A stretch of 64,000 nt of DNA from an uncultured Nitrospiraceae bacterium (GTDB lineage Bacteria; Nitrospirota; Thermodesulfovibrionia; UBA6902). The DNA lies in assembly GCA_964393845.1 (NCBI GenBank), contig CAYMUX010000001.1:17556-81555 (forward strand). Reading direction: 5' to 3'. Shown here piece by piece: positions 1 through 10,437 of this stretch. A program made the translations under genes and the position numbers. Position 1 is the stretch's first letter; each line of letters opens with the position of its first letter. The notes under the pieces were generated by a model that made no database searches, was not told where the DNA came from, and was given only the letters and a program-made list of their open reading frames with translations.

Positions 1-882
1 ATGCACTCTCCTTTCGAACTACTTACGGTCCCTCTGAAACAAGGCGGAGTATATCCTTTAGTTGAACCTGTGCTCGGCAGCTGCGGAATAGGTGTGGGTA
101 TAGAGTCGTATATGACGAAAGAGAGGTTGCAGGAAGATTTAGAGAATGGGTTATCAAGGATTTTGGAAAGAGCAAAAAATGAAAAGTATATGCCGCAGGG
201 CTGGTGGGCAACCATGGATCCTGATCTTGAAAAACTGAACTGGCCGGAGACACCGAACGTTGTTCGTTTTTTAAAGTATCCTCCTTACGTCCAGGTCAGA
301 TTTCATGGAAGAGACAAAAAATTCAATGATGATTCCCCTTCTGATCCTGGAATATTAGATTCTTTAAAACAAAGGTATGTTGAAAAAATTGGACGGCTGG
401 TTCAAGAGTACGGTTTGATGAAGTATTTTGAAGCGTATCGGCCTTATGAATTTTATAAGGCAGGACCTGTTAAAAAGGACGTTATAGATGCTGTGAGATC
501 TTCCGGACTCAAGTACATGTTTAGCAAGGCGGGATTCAACATGGACCCTCAATCACTATATATTGATAAAGATTTTATAGCCTTGAATTATACTTCAGGT
601 CAGTGGGACGGCTGGACCCCTTTTGAGACTGTTAACGATGTAACGGACTTGAAGAAATCGGAAAAGAGATTCCTCAAAGGAAATAAGCCCGGCTGGATCG
701 TGAGCACCATAGATTCCTGTTTATGGACATTCAGCGGTGAGTTCTGGAAAAGGGGCAGCAGGTTGTACGATATTGCCCGGTTTTGTGCAGATGGCGGAAA
801 TTCAAAAAAAATGATCAATGTAAAACCATATACGGTTGCCAGGTATGCAAGAATAATCGCTGATAAGGGAGGCTGTTATTAG
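1..882 (+). CDS. Hypothetical protein, 5' partial (runs off the window start); no family recognised
   Basis: Long uninterrupted + strand ORF of 293 codons starting at the window edge. Codon usage matches its neighbours. No diagnostic motif seen. Confidence 0.45.
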   Translation: MHSPFELLTVPLKQGGVYPLVEPVLGSCGIGVGIESYMTKERLQEDLENGLSRILERAKNEKYMPQGWWATMDPDLEKLNWPETPNVVRFLKYPPYVQVRFHGRDKKFNDDSPSDPGILDSLKQRYVEKIGRLVQEYGLMKYFEAYRPYEFYKAGPVKKDVIDAVRSSGLKYMFSKAGFNMDPQSLYIDKDFIALNYTSGQWDGWTPFETVNDVTDLKKSEKRFLKGNKPGWIVSTIDSCLWTFSGEFWKRGSRLYDIARFCADGGNSKKMINVKPYTVARYARIIADKGGCY

Positions 883-1057
883 TACGAATAATACACAAAA
901 AGCAAATCGGGATTATGATTGCTGGCTGCATTGGATTCCCACGTACAGATGTAACTTAAATTGTGTATATTGTTTTAGTAATCCCATAAAAAAAAGCTCC
1001 GAAATCTCCAGAATAGATACTTTTGCCATAACAAAAGCCCTCAATGAAACCAATAAA

Positions 1058-1867
1058 GTGTTTAGAATCAGTTTTACCGGCGGGGGGGAACCGTTTTTGA
1101 TACCAAATATGATCGAGGCCTGTGTTGAAATAACAAGAAATCACTTTATTGGTATTAACACCAACTTAACTTCAGGGAAGATTAAAGAATTTTCTGAAAA
1201 AATTAATCCCGAAAGAGTGTTATATATTCAGGCATCGTTACATATTAAAGAATTGGAAAGACTGAATTTGCTGGAAAAATATATACACAATTTCCAGTTA
1301 TGCAGAGTAAAGGGTTTCGATATAACAGCACATGTAGTAGCGTATCCGCCTCTTTTGGATGAAGTTGAAAAATACAAAGAATATTTTCAGGAAAAAGGAA
1401 TAAGCGTGAGATTGGACCCTTTTATCGGAGAGTACAACGGGAAAAAATATCCTGACTTCTACAGTGAGAAAGAAATTAAAATTTTGAGTCAAAGTGATAA
1501 AAATTCGACAACATATAAGCAGAAAGGGAAACTATGCAATGCCGGATACAATGTCGGCGTTGTGAACCCTTATGGATATATAAGCCCTTGTTTTAATATA
1601 TCCAGGTCTATCGGTAAGATACATGATAAAGTTAGATTCAATAAGAAACTTATTCGATGCCCTTTTAAATTTTGTAAATGTCCGCTGAATTTCCTCGACC
1701 CCTATCTTTATGAAAAAGGGAAAAAAGAAGCAGGCACAGATACTATGGCCCCGGTTTTTTTAATAAAGGACTTGTCTAGAGACTATATTAAGGAAGTAGT
1801 TATGAAACATCTGCCGGATGCTATACGCAAAAAAATCTTCAACTTCGCTGTAAGGCATGGCCTTTAA
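1058..1867 (+). CDS. Radical SAM protein with Cys-rich C-terminal (SPASM/twitch-like) region; the real start probably lies upstream near 878 (see findings)
   Basis: GGGEPFL motif immediately after the called GTG start. The CNLNCVYC (CxxxCxxC) 4Fe-4S/SAM motif is in the same frame upstream at about 941-964. C-terminal cysteines CPFKFCKCP. Confidence 0.7.
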   Translation: MFRISFTGGGEPFLIPNMIEACVEITRNHFIGINTNLTSGKIKEFSEKINPERVLYIQASLHIKELERLNLLEKYIHNFQLCRVKGFDITAHVVAYPPLLDEVEKYKEYFQEKGISVRLDPFIGEYNGKKYPDFYSEKEIKILSQSDKNSTTYKQKGKLCNAGYNVGVVNPYGYISPCFNISRSIGKIHDKVRFNKKLIRCPFKFCKCPLNFLDPYLYEKGKKEAGTDTMAPVFLIKDLSRDYIKEVVMKHLPDAIRKKIFNFAVRHGL

Positions 1868-3302
1868 ACTTCAGTCTTATATGTTACGTTTAACGAACAT
1901 GATATTTTTATTGAATAAATTTATTTTTTCACTGTTGCTTGTGTTTACGTTCTATATGATGTGCTTTGTCAGCAGTGTTAACGCTGCGACTCAAGTAATT
2001 GTTGATGAAAGTGTGACCCACCAGAGAATCGACGGGTTTGGCGGCGAAGCAGGAGCTTTACGTGATATTCAAAATATGTCAGCTATCCCTCAGAAAGAGG
2101 TACTGGACTTGCTGTATGATGTGAACAACGGCATAGGCTTAAGCATTGTTCGTGTATATATTTCACACGAGTTCGAGCTATCACCTGATGACTATGATAT
2201 AACAGTTCAAGATAAGGATGCGTGGTTATTAAACGAGGCAAAGAAGCGCGGGGTCACATATTATTTTGGCAGGGTCGGAAGCCCGCCTGCCTGGATGAAA
2301 ACTAATAATGATATCAATAATGGCGGCAGTCTCAAAGTCAGTTTTTACAATGATTTTGCTGAATTTCTCGCCCGCTGGGTAACAGATTTCAAGTCCCGAT
2401 ACAACATTGATATTTCTGCTGTATCACTGCAGAATGAGCCGGACCTTACAACTAAATATCGATCTTGCCGGTGGACCGGGCTCCAGTTTCACGATTTTCT
2501 GAAAAATAGTCTTAAGCCTGTCTGGGACCAGCAGGGCATACAAGCAAAAGTAATTGCAGCAGAACAGATGAAGTGGAGGGGCGATCTTATTAAGGCAACA
2601 CTTAAAGATCCTGCTACAGAGCCTATTCTTGATATCATTGCTGCTCATGGTTACTGGACGGCAACTCCTTTTCAATTGTCCAGTGCAAAGTCATCAAAAA
2701 AGCCGGTATGGCAAACCGAAGAGAATGGCAATTTTGGAACAGGCGCTCCCGCTGATCCAGGCATTGATGACGGGCTCTTCTGGGCAGAAAGGCTTCATAA
2801 ATGGATGACTATTGCCGGGATCAGTGCATGGAATTGGCATTGGCTGACCACCGGCAAGTCCTGGGGTAAAGATTGGGGCGCAAAGATAATCGAAATTGAC
2901 GGGGATACATATAGCTATGCCAGACGTTTGTGGACTATAGGTAACTTCAGCCGTTTTATTCGGCCTGGATACCTTCGAATTGACAGCACTCCAGAGCCTG
3001 CAATAGGAGTATTTACATCGGCCTATAAAGATCCTGCATCAGGCAACTTTGCAATAGTAGCAATCAATAAAAACAGTATTGAGCAAACATTAAATATCAG
3101 CCTCAACAATCTCACGACAAGCTCTGTGACGCCTTATGTTACGACTGATGCCTTGAACCTGGAGGCTTTCTCAAGCATTGCAGTTAATGGGAATGTATTT
3201 ACGGCTGTCCTTCCGGCAAAGAGTGTTACAACATTTACCGGATTGACATTAACAGGCACTGATGCCGTGCCGCCTGCTCCTCCTGCAGTGTCTAGTCAAT
3301 AA
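1857..3302 (+). CDS. Secreted glycoside hydrolase, GH30-like (clan GH-A)
   Basis: N-terminal hydrophobic signal peptide ending VNA-ATQ. IDGFGG motif and the LQNEP acid/base motif typical of GH30/GH5-clan enzymes. Confidence 0.6.
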   Translation: MAFKLQSYMLRLTNMIFLLNKFIFSLLLVFTFYMMCFVSSVNAATQVIVDESVTHQRIDGFGGEAGALRDIQNMSAIPQKEVLDLLYDVNNGIGLSIVRVYISHEFELSPDDYDITVQDKDAWLLNEAKKRGVTYYFGRVGSPPAWMKTNNDINNGGSLKVSFYNDFAEFLARWVTDFKSRYNIDISAVSLQNEPDLTTKYRSCRWTGLQFHDFLKNSLKPVWDQQGIQAKVIAAEQMKWRGDLIKATLKDPATEPILDIIAAHGYWTATPFQLSSAKSSKKPVWQTEENGNFGTGAPADPGIDDGLFWAERLHKWMTIAGISAWNWHWLTTGKSWGKDWGAKIIEIDGDTYSYARRLWTIGNFSRFIRPGYLRIDSTPEPAIGVFTSAYKDPASGNFAIVAINKNSIEQTLNISLNNLTTSSVTPYVTTDALNLEAFSSIAVNGNVFTAVLPAKSVTTFTGLTLTGTDAVPPAPPAVSSQ

Positions 3303-4483
3303 TGAATATCTGTTTTTTTTCTCAGGAATATCCTCCTGAAACTCATGTTGGCGGAATAGGGACCTATACATATAATATGGCCGGTGCCCTAGCCGGGCTT
3401 GGCCATACTGTCCATGTGATAGCATCGACGCAGAATTCTGATAATTCATATGAGGATAACGGCGTCCGGGTCCACAGGGTCAGGATTTACAAAATGAAAC
3501 TGAAAGAATTGGCGCTCTTTAGATATTCCTATGCAGTTGCGAAAAAAGTCTCTCAGATAAATTGCAGGTTTGATATTGTACAGTCGAGTGAATATGGGAG
3601 TGAAGCATTCTATCTTTCCCTGATGAAGAAGTGCCCGCTTGTCACGAGACTGGCCACTCCTTTTTTTCTGATAGAAGAGATGAACGGTAAAGTATTTTTG
3701 GGGCCCCGCCCACTCTTTAACTGGATGGAAAAAACACAGACCTTGCGGAGTGACGGTATCTTCACATCTACAAGGGCCATGGCAAATGCAGTTGTTGATA
3801 AATGGGGGATAGACCCTTCAGGAGTAGAGATAATACCAAACAGCGTAGACTTGTCGCGGGTGATAAAACTCGGGGAGAACAAACCGGCTCCGGACAATCT
3901 GGCTAATATGGATTATGTCTTATATTTCGGACGGCTTGAAGAGAGGAAAGGGGTCCATATCCTGACAGAGGCCCTTCTTTCTGTTTTTAATCAGTTTCCG
4001 AAACTCTATGCAGTGTTTGTCGGTTCCGACATCGGGTTTCGGGGTTTACCCATGAAAGAGTACATGACACGAAAATTGGGCGGCTATATAAGCCGGGTCA
4101 TTTTTTTCGAGAATTTACGACATGAAGACCTCTTCCCTATTGTTAATTCAGCCAGGATGGTGGTCCTGCCTTCTTTATGGGAGGCCTTTGGTTTTGTCTG
4201 TGTAGAGGCGATGGCCCTTGGGCGTCCTGTAGTTGCTTCTTCGGGTTCCGGGTTTGCCGAAATTATTGAAGATGGTATTTCCGGACATCTTGTTGAACCG
4301 GGGAAGAGCGGACTTCTTGCTGAAAAAATGATAAATGCCCTGAAGGACAAGGAAGGTCTCACCAGGATTTCTGAAGGGGCGAGAAAACGGGCACAGGACT
4401 TTGAAGTCTCAAAGGTGGCCTTAAGACTTTTGTCTTACTATGAAAAGACAAAGGACGAATGGCTGAAACAAAGAGGAAACTGA
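3302..4483 (+). CDS. Glycosyltransferase family 4 (GT-B retaining)
   Basis: N-terminal GGIGTY motif. C-terminal EAFGFVCVEAMALGRPVVAS ... GHLVEPG (the E-x7-E region). Confidence 0.85.
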   Translation: MNICFFSQEYPPETHVGGIGTYTYNMAGALAGLGHTVHVIASTQNSDNSYEDNGVRVHRVRIYKMKLKELALFRYSYAVAKKVSQINCRFDIVQSSEYGSEAFYLSLMKKCPLVTRLATPFFLIEEMNGKVFLGPRPLFNWMEKTQTLRSDGIFTSTRAMANAVVDKWGIDPSGVEIIPNSVDLSRVIKLGENKPAPDNLANMDYVLYFGRLEERKGVHILTEALLSVFNQFPKLYAVFVGSDIGFRGLPMKEYMTRKLGGYISRVIFFENLRHEDLFPIVNSARMVVLPSLWEAFGFVCVEAMALGRPVVASSGSGFAEIIEDGISGHLVEPGKSGLLAEKMINALKDKEGLTRISEGARKRAQDFEVSKVALRLLSYYEKTKDEWLKQRGN

Positions 4484-4492
4484 ATACTCTGA

Positions 4493-5209
4493 ATGGGGAA
4501 TAACGGCAGATCAAAAGACCCCGGGCTTAGCCGGGAAATATTTGTAACCGGAGAATATATTAAACACTTTAAACCGGAGGACAAACGGAACCCTTTTTCT
4601 AAAATTTATAAGCAGAAAAAAGAGGACACGATAAATCTCATTAACGGGTCTGAAGGTTCCAGGACTATTCTCGATATCGGCGGTGGAATGGGACGGCTCT
4701 CGCTGGATCTGGCCAGGTCGGACAGGAACGATGTTGTTCTCGTTGATATTTCAACGGACATGTTAAAGCTTGCAATAGAGCGTGCAGACAATTTGAATAA
4801 AATAAAATTAGTAAACTCTGACGCCCACTATCTCCCCTTTAAGGACAAGACGTTTGACTATGTGGTGGGGCTGGATCTGCTCTGTCATCTAAAGAGGCCT
4901 GAGTTGGCGCTGGCTGATTTTCATCGCGTCCTTAAAGACCAGGGAAGATTAATTATGGATTCTACAAACAGCAATCCCTTATGGACAATATTTTATCCCA
5001 GATATCTGGGGAAGAATCCCCTAACCTGGCTGAAGACAATAAAATTTCAGGGGGTATTGCCGGGGTGGGAGAAAATAGTCAGACATTATCCCAGAGATAA
5101 ATTTTTTTCTCTTTTAGAAAAGATGGATTTTGAGATAATGAAGAACTTGAATTACGGACCCAAAATATGCCCCAAGTGGCATCTGGCAGTGTCGAGGAAG
5201 GCAGGGTAA
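4493..5209 (+). CDS. Class I SAM-dependent methyltransferase
   Basis: ILDIGGGMGRL motif I, followed by VVLVDIS and DYVVGLDLLCHL motifs. Confidence 0.75.
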   Translation: MGNNGRSKDPGLSREIFVTGEYIKHFKPEDKRNPFSKIYKQKKEDTINLINGSEGSRTILDIGGGMGRLSLDLARSDRNDVVLVDISTDMLKLAIERADNLNKIKLVNSDAHYLPFKDKTFDYVVGLDLLCHLKRPELALADFHRVLKDQGRLIMDSTNSNPLWTIFYPRYLGKNPLTWLKTIKFQGVLPGWEKIVRHYPRDKFFSLLEKMDFEIMKNLNYGPKICPKWHLAVSRKAG

Positions 5210-6669
5210 TGAAGATCCTTTTATTAGATCCGCCGGGCAAGAATAAGGGGCTGAATACGGGCCTGGGTTATTTATCCGCTGTATTGAAGGACGACCATGA
5301 AGTCAGGGTGCTTGACCTGAATAACATTGATATCGGAATCTGCGGCGACCCAAATCCTGAACTGCCGGTCAAGAGTTTGGAAGAAAGGGTCATCCGTGCT
5401 GTGGAAGAATTTAGCCCTGACCTTTTTGGTATATCAGTAAAGACGTTTACAGCTGATATTGCAAGGCATATGTTTGATCTTGTAAAGGCTAAGCGGCAGA
5501 AAGTCATGACAATTGCAGGAGGCCCGCATATTACCCTGGACGGACTGAATTTTATTAAGGAAAGCAAAATTGATTTTGCTGTCCAGGGAGAAGGGGAATT
5601 TACAATAGTTGAGTTATGCAGAGCCATAAAAGAAAAAAGTGATTTAGGAAATATAAAGGGACTTATCTACTGGAAAAATGGAGAGGTAGCACAAAATCCC
5701 GAAAGCAGCAAAATAGATGATCTGGACGGCCTTCCTTTTCCATGTTACGACAACTTCAGTTCTGTTATTGATAATGGCGGACGTTTACCGGAATATCCTA
5801 TCCTGACAAGCAGAGGCTGTCCTTATAAGTGTACATACTGTTCCATGCCCAGGATTATGGGTAACAGGTGGCGTTATCGGTCGCCGGAAAACGTTGTTAA
5901 AGAACTTCAGCAGACAAAAGAGAAATACAAAAATACATGCTTCGCAGTTGTTGATGATAATTTCACCCTGAATTTAAAAAGGGTTGATAAGGTCTGTGAC
6001 CTTCTTATTTCAGAACGGCTTAATCTTGCATGGAACTGTCAGAATGGAATCCGCGCAGACAGGATTCATGAAGATTTGGCTGACAAAATGAAGCAGTCAG
6101 GATGCAGATATGTATGGATAGGCATTGAGAATGCTGACGAAGAAGTTTTTAATGCAATTAATAAAGGTGAAAAATTAGAAGACATAAAAACAGGAATCAA
6201 GCATCTTCAAAAGGCCGGAATCCGGGTCGGCGGCTTCTTTATTACAGGTTTGCCGTACAGTTCCAGAGAGGCGGATCTAAAGTCGGCCGATTTTGTCAGG
6301 GAAAATGGAATTGATGCATGGTGGTTTAATTTCATCCCCTATCCGCATACAGAAGCCTGGGACTGGGTACAGACAAATGGGAAAATACTTCGTTCTATCC
6401 AGGGAGCGCTCCAATACGGTTCAAACGATATTGATCCGGTTTTTGAGACAGATAATTATCCGAGAGATTCGAGGATAAAGACTTATAATGAAATACACAT
6501 CAGGTTGGGATATTTTGACAGGCTGGCCGATCCATCTTTAAGACAGTGCGACATGTGGTCAAGAGTATTTAAAAAAGTGCGTCCTTACGGTTTAAATGCA
6601 ACGGTTTCTCTTCTCATGTTTATATTGAAGTACAACATCAGATTGGCATTAAAAAAAATTCGCAAGTAA
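5209..6669 (+). CDS. Cobalamin (B12)-binding domain radical SAM enzyme
   Basis: N-terminal Rossmann-like B12-binding region (MKILLLDPP ... GISVKT ... IAGGPH) followed by SRGCPYKCTYCS (CxxxCxxC). Start set at MKIL, which overlaps the upstream stop (TAATG). Confidence 0.8.
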   Translation: MKILLLDPPGKNKGLNTGLGYLSAVLKDDHEVRVLDLNNIDIGICGDPNPELPVKSLEERVIRAVEEFSPDLFGISVKTFTADIARHMFDLVKAKRQKVMTIAGGPHITLDGLNFIKESKIDFAVQGEGEFTIVELCRAIKEKSDLGNIKGLIYWKNGEVAQNPESSKIDDLDGLPFPCYDNFSSVIDNGGRLPEYPILTSRGCPYKCTYCSMPRIMGNRWRYRSPENVVKELQQTKEKYKNTCFAVVDDNFTLNLKRVDKVCDLLISERLNLAWNCQNGIRADRIHEDLADKMKQSGCRYVWIGIENADEEVFNAINKGEKLEDIKTGIKHLQKAGIRVGGFFITGLPYSSREADLKSADFVRENGIDAWWFNFIPYPHTEAWDWVQTNGKILRSIQGALQYGSNDIDPVFETDNYPRDSRIKTYNEIHIRLGYFDRLADPSLRQCDMWSRVFKKVRPYGLNATVSLLMFILKYNIRLALKKIRK

Positions 6670-6706
6670 CCTGCGTAATTTAAGATTAGTCGGAATTCAT
6701 GGTCGA

Positions 6707-7309
6707 GTGTCAGGCTTTAATAGATTAAACAGAATGAATGTTTCTCAGATTGATCTCTTATCCAGTCCGGCAGTTAAGCATAAGTGGTTTTCTCAATTTA
6801 TGATACGAAAAGACAGATGGGAAGTCTTCTCCGGGACATGGGAATTAAAGTCATCCGATAGACTCATATATCTCAAAGAACCGGAAGTTGAAACCGGTGA
6901 AAACATAGCCGTGATAGGTTCACCCGAATGGAATAATTTAACTTTGCAGGTAAGGTTCAGCATACTGACAGATAGTATTAAGCCCCCGGAGGGCGGAGTA
7001 ATCATTTATGTTCTATTTAGAAATATAAGGAATTATTATTCTTATCATTTCTGTCTCTTCAAGAAGAAAGTAGAGTTGATAAAAAGATTCAGAGGTGTAT
7101 GGAGCACCTTAGCAGAACAGGACTATGATTTTGAATCCGGGAAGGATTATCGGGTCAGCATTGACGCTGATTCCGGAATTCACAGATTTCAAATAAACGG
7201 AACAAACCGGATGGAAATTCATGACGGTGATATTTTAAAGGGTTTTGTAGGGATAGGGATAAAATATTGTGACGCCGAGTTCAGAGAGGTTTCAGTTGAG
7301 CCACGGTAG
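6707..7309 (+). CDS. Hypothetical cytoplasmic protein, possible LamG/DUF1080-like jelly-roll
   Basis: 200-aa ORF with no signal peptide. Weak pattern resemblance to concanavalin-like DUF1080 folds. Confidence 0.35.
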   Translation: MSGFNRLNRMNVSQIDLLSSPAVKHKWFSQFMIRKDRWEVFSGTWELKSSDRLIYLKEPEVETGENIAVIGSPEWNNLTLQVRFSILTDSIKPPEGGVIIYVLFRNIRNYYSYHFCLFKKKVELIKRFRGVWSTLAEQDYDFESGKDYRVSIDADSGIHRFQINGTNRMEIHDGDILKGFVGIGIKYCDAEFREVSVEPR

Positions 7310-8735
7310 AAGAATATTAAGAAATACGACTTTTTTGACCGTAGGCGACAAATTCGGTTACCTCCTGCAGTTCGTGTTCTTCCTCTATTTTGCGCGTAAG
7401 TTCGGCGTAGTCCCAACAGGCGAATATTCTTTTGCTTTCTCCTTTACATATGTTTTCTCCGTGTTTGCTGATCTGGGCATTTCAATTTATCTTGTTCGTG
7501 AAATCGCCCGCGACCATTCAGACAGCAGAGAATTGTTTTATGATTGTCTCGTATTAAGGGCAATTTCAATTGTTATAATCTTTTTACTTGCCGCGGCTGT
7601 TCTTATATTGTTCTTTCAGGACAGCTCTATTCAGAAGTTAAGGGTCATAGGATATTTGGGTGTTTACTGGGTTTTTTTCAGTATAGCTGATGTATTTCTT
7701 GCAGAGTTAAACGGCTATCAAAGAATGGGCCGCGTTGCCCTTCTGGGAATATGGTTGAAATTATTAAACACGGCAGCAGGTCTGCTTTTGATATACCTCG
7801 GATTTAATTATGATGCGGTAATGATTGTATTTCCGATAAGCAGTCTGATATATCTCTTTACATGTATTCTGGTATCGTCTTATACATTAGGGCCTGTGCG
7901 GATAAAGTTCAGGAATCCGGCGTATTACAAAAATCTTTTGGGCGAATTAATGCCGTTTTTTTCGGCTCTGATACTGGTCGAAGTATTGTTTTGGCAGGAC
8001 GTATTGTTTTTGGGAATTATTAAAGATGACCAGGCGGTAGGTATATACTCATCTGGAACAAAGATAGCCGGCTTTATTCTTGGTGTGTCTTCATTTATAT
8101 ATATAGCAATCCTGCCCGTCTTATCCAAATTGTTCATAGAGTCCAAAGAAAAGCTGATAGAGACCTCGGAAACAATACTTCGATACCTTGTCCTGTTAAG
8201 TTTGCCGGTAGCCGTTGGATTGGCTGCAATCGCGGATAAAGTTGTCAGCCTCTTTTATTCCGATCTGTTTAAGGACGCGGGCATAGTTCTGAAGATTACA
8301 TGTTGGACAATAGTCGCAGGATTTATCCAGGCCATTTTCTCCGCTCTTTTAACTGCAATAGACCGGCAAAAGGAAAAAGTGGTTTTTATTGTGATTAACT
8401 TTGTAATCAGCACGATACTAAATATTATCTTCATATATTATTTTAATTTTATAGGAGCAGCTATTGTCAAAGTGCTTACTGCGGTAATTGGCTTGATTTC
8501 CTTTGTCTACCTTGTATCCAGGTATTTTATACTGCTTCCGATTATGAGACCATTTGTTAAGCCGTCAATTGCATGCATTGTCATGGCGGTTTTTATCCAT
8601 TTATTTTACAGTTGGGAATTAATATATTTGATACCTGTCTCAGGGTGCATCTACATTGTCTCATTGCTGTTATTTGGCGGTATTACAAAAGATGAAATCA
8701 GGATAATGAAGAGCTTTCTGCCCGGGACAACATAA
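7269..8735 (+). CDS. Wzx-like oligosaccharide flippase (MOP superfamily, polysaccharide biosynthesis protein)
   Basis: About 12 predicted TM helices. N-terminus LRNTTFLTVGDKFGYLLQFVFFLYFARKFG is typical of Polysacc_synt family proteins. GTG start is uncertain. Confidence 0.7.
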   Translation: MTPSSERFQLSHGRRILRNTTFLTVGDKFGYLLQFVFFLYFARKFGVVPTGEYSFAFSFTYVFSVFADLGISIYLVREIARDHSDSRELFYDCLVLRAISIVIIFLLAAAVLILFFQDSSIQKLRVIGYLGVYWVFFSIADVFLAELNGYQRMGRVALLGIWLKLLNTAAGLLLIYLGFNYDAVMIVFPISSLIYLFTCILVSSYTLGPVRIKFRNPAYYKNLLGELMPFFSALILVEVLFWQDVLFLGIIKDDQAVGIYSSGTKIAGFILGVSSFIYIAILPVLSKLFIESKEKLIETSETILRYLVLLSLPVAVGLAAIADKVVSLFYSDLFKDAGIVLKITCWTIVAGFIQAIFSALLTAIDRQKEKVVFIVINFVISTILNIIFIYYFNFIGAAIVKVLTAVIGLISFVYLVSRYFILLPIMRPFVKPSIACIVMAVFIHLFYSWELIYLIPVSGCIYIVSLLLFGGITKDEIRIMKSFLPGTT

Positions 8736-8743
8736 TAATATAG

Positions 8744-10429
8744 TTGCAGGGAAATAAATATTTGATTGATCTTATGAGCGTCGGGAATAAAAAAGTATCT
8801 ATCAGCCTTAAGGAGGCGCTATTTGTTCTATGTATAATTTTATTCGCCGGTATAATCCGTATCCCTTCCCTGACACAGCCTATAGGCCCCGATCAGGGTA
8901 TTATGTCTGTAATCGGCAAGGGCCTCCTGAATGGAGAACTCCCTTATAGAGATAACTGGGAGATGGCTTCACCGGCAATATTTTTCACCTATGCATTGAT
9001 GTTCAAGACATTCGGATTGTCGATGGCCGCAATCCCTGTTACTGATACATTAGTCTCCATGTTGACAACCTTATTGGTGTTTATGCTGGGCAGAACGGTT
9101 TGGGACAATAAGGTCGGCGGTGTCAGCGCGCTGCTCTATGCATTCTTTTCCAATGGCATTCGTATAGGCATGCATTCCGCAGGTGACACTGCATTTGGAA
9201 CATTCTGGTATATTGCTCAGAGGGAGTCTTTTATGGTGCCGCTTATAGCGGGGAGTTTTTATCTCATATATAAATCGGGAAACGGCTCAAGGAATCCATT
9301 GAAATTGATCCTGGCAGGCTTATTGTCCGGGCTGGCCTTTGTATATAAGTTTCCTGCCTTGCTGTTTTTTATGTGCATTATTTTGTACGTGAATGTGAGT
9401 TTTCTGTTCAATAAAGAACGGAAAACAGTTAAGCAGTTAGCAGGTGATAATTTGTCCCTGATATCGGGTTTTATCCTTGCCATTGTCCCCTTTGTTTTAT
9501 TTTTTGCTTCCAAGGGCGCGTTGAAAGATATGACTGATGTAATTTTCAAATACGTTTCCTCTGTCTACGGCCAGGTAGAGCATGATTATCTCGTAATGGC
9601 CAGAATCGGGTTTGAACATACCGTTTTTCTGGCTAAAGAAAATTTTGTGATCTGGTTATTGTGTTTCGCCTCATCAATTTATATTCTTTTAAACGACCGC
9701 AAAAAAGAAAATTTATTGATTGTGCTATGGGCTGCTGCATCTCTATTGTATGTGATCAGTCACAGAGAATTTTTCGGGTATCATTATCTGATTATTTTCC
9801 CCTCATTCTCGATATTGTCGGGCTACGGGATAGCAAAGATATTCGGGCAGGACTTCAATCTTCGCGGTTTCTTCTCAGGACAAACAGGCAAGGCAATGGT
9901 CGGTTTTATTTTAGCCGCCAACCTGCTTTTTTTTGCCACAATCAATCATATGCATTACACAAAGTTTTTCTATTATGTAACCGGTAAGATCTCTCAGGAT
10001 GAGTATTATCAATTCTTCAGTGCTTATCCTGATCACGACTATTCCTTTCCCGCTGATTATAAAGTGGCTCAATATATTAAAAGCCAAACGAAGCCTGACG
10101 ACATGATATATTCCCTCGGCGGAATTGAAAGCGTTATATACTTCCTGACCGACAGAAAATCACCTTCAAGATTCATCTTTTCATGGATTATATTGCAATA
10201 TGCTCACAGCAAGGTAGATATGGCCGCAGAATACAGGAAAGAGCTTCTGGCTGATTTAAAGGCAAAAACCCCAAAGTATATTATAACCGTCCGATCATTA
10301 GAGACCTTTAAGGAGTACGTTGATATTTATGCATTCATAAATAATAATTACCTCCTTGAAAAGACTTTCCCTGACGACAGGTTTGTATATGTTTACAGAC
10401 AACAGGGTGTAAGCAGGATTTCATCTTAA
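8744..10429 (+). CDS. GT-C fold membrane glycosyltransferase (ArnT/PMT, GT39/GT83-like)
   Basis: Polytopic N-terminal domain with a PYRDNWE loop motif. Large TM core plus C-terminal periplasmic domain. TTG start; an alternative ATG lies at 8774. Confidence 0.6.
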   Translation: MQGNKYLIDLMSVGNKKVSISLKEALFVLCIILFAGIIRIPSLTQPIGPDQGIMSVIGKGLLNGELPYRDNWEMASPAIFFTYALMFKTFGLSMAAIPVTDTLVSMLTTLLVFMLGRTVWDNKVGGVSALLYAFFSNGIRIGMHSAGDTAFGTFWYIAQRESFMVPLIAGSFYLIYKSGNGSRNPLKLILAGLLSGLAFVYKFPALLFFMCIILYVNVSFLFNKERKTVKQLAGDNLSLISGFILAIVPFVLFFASKGALKDMTDVIFKYVSSVYGQVEHDYLVMARIGFEHTVFLAKENFVIWLLCFASSIYILLNDRKKENLLIVLWAAASLLYVISHREFFGYHYLIIFPSFSILSGYGIAKIFGQDFNLRGFFSGQTGKAMVGFILAANLLFFATINHMHYTKFFYYVTGKISQDEYYQFFSAYPDHDYSFPADYKVAQYIKSQTKPDDMIYSLGGIESVIYFLTDRKSPSRFIFSWIILQYAHSKVDMAAEYRKELLADLKAKTPKYIITVRSLETFKEYVDIYAFINNNYLLEKTFPDDRFVYVYRQQGVSRISS

Positions 10430-10437
10430 AATATTAA

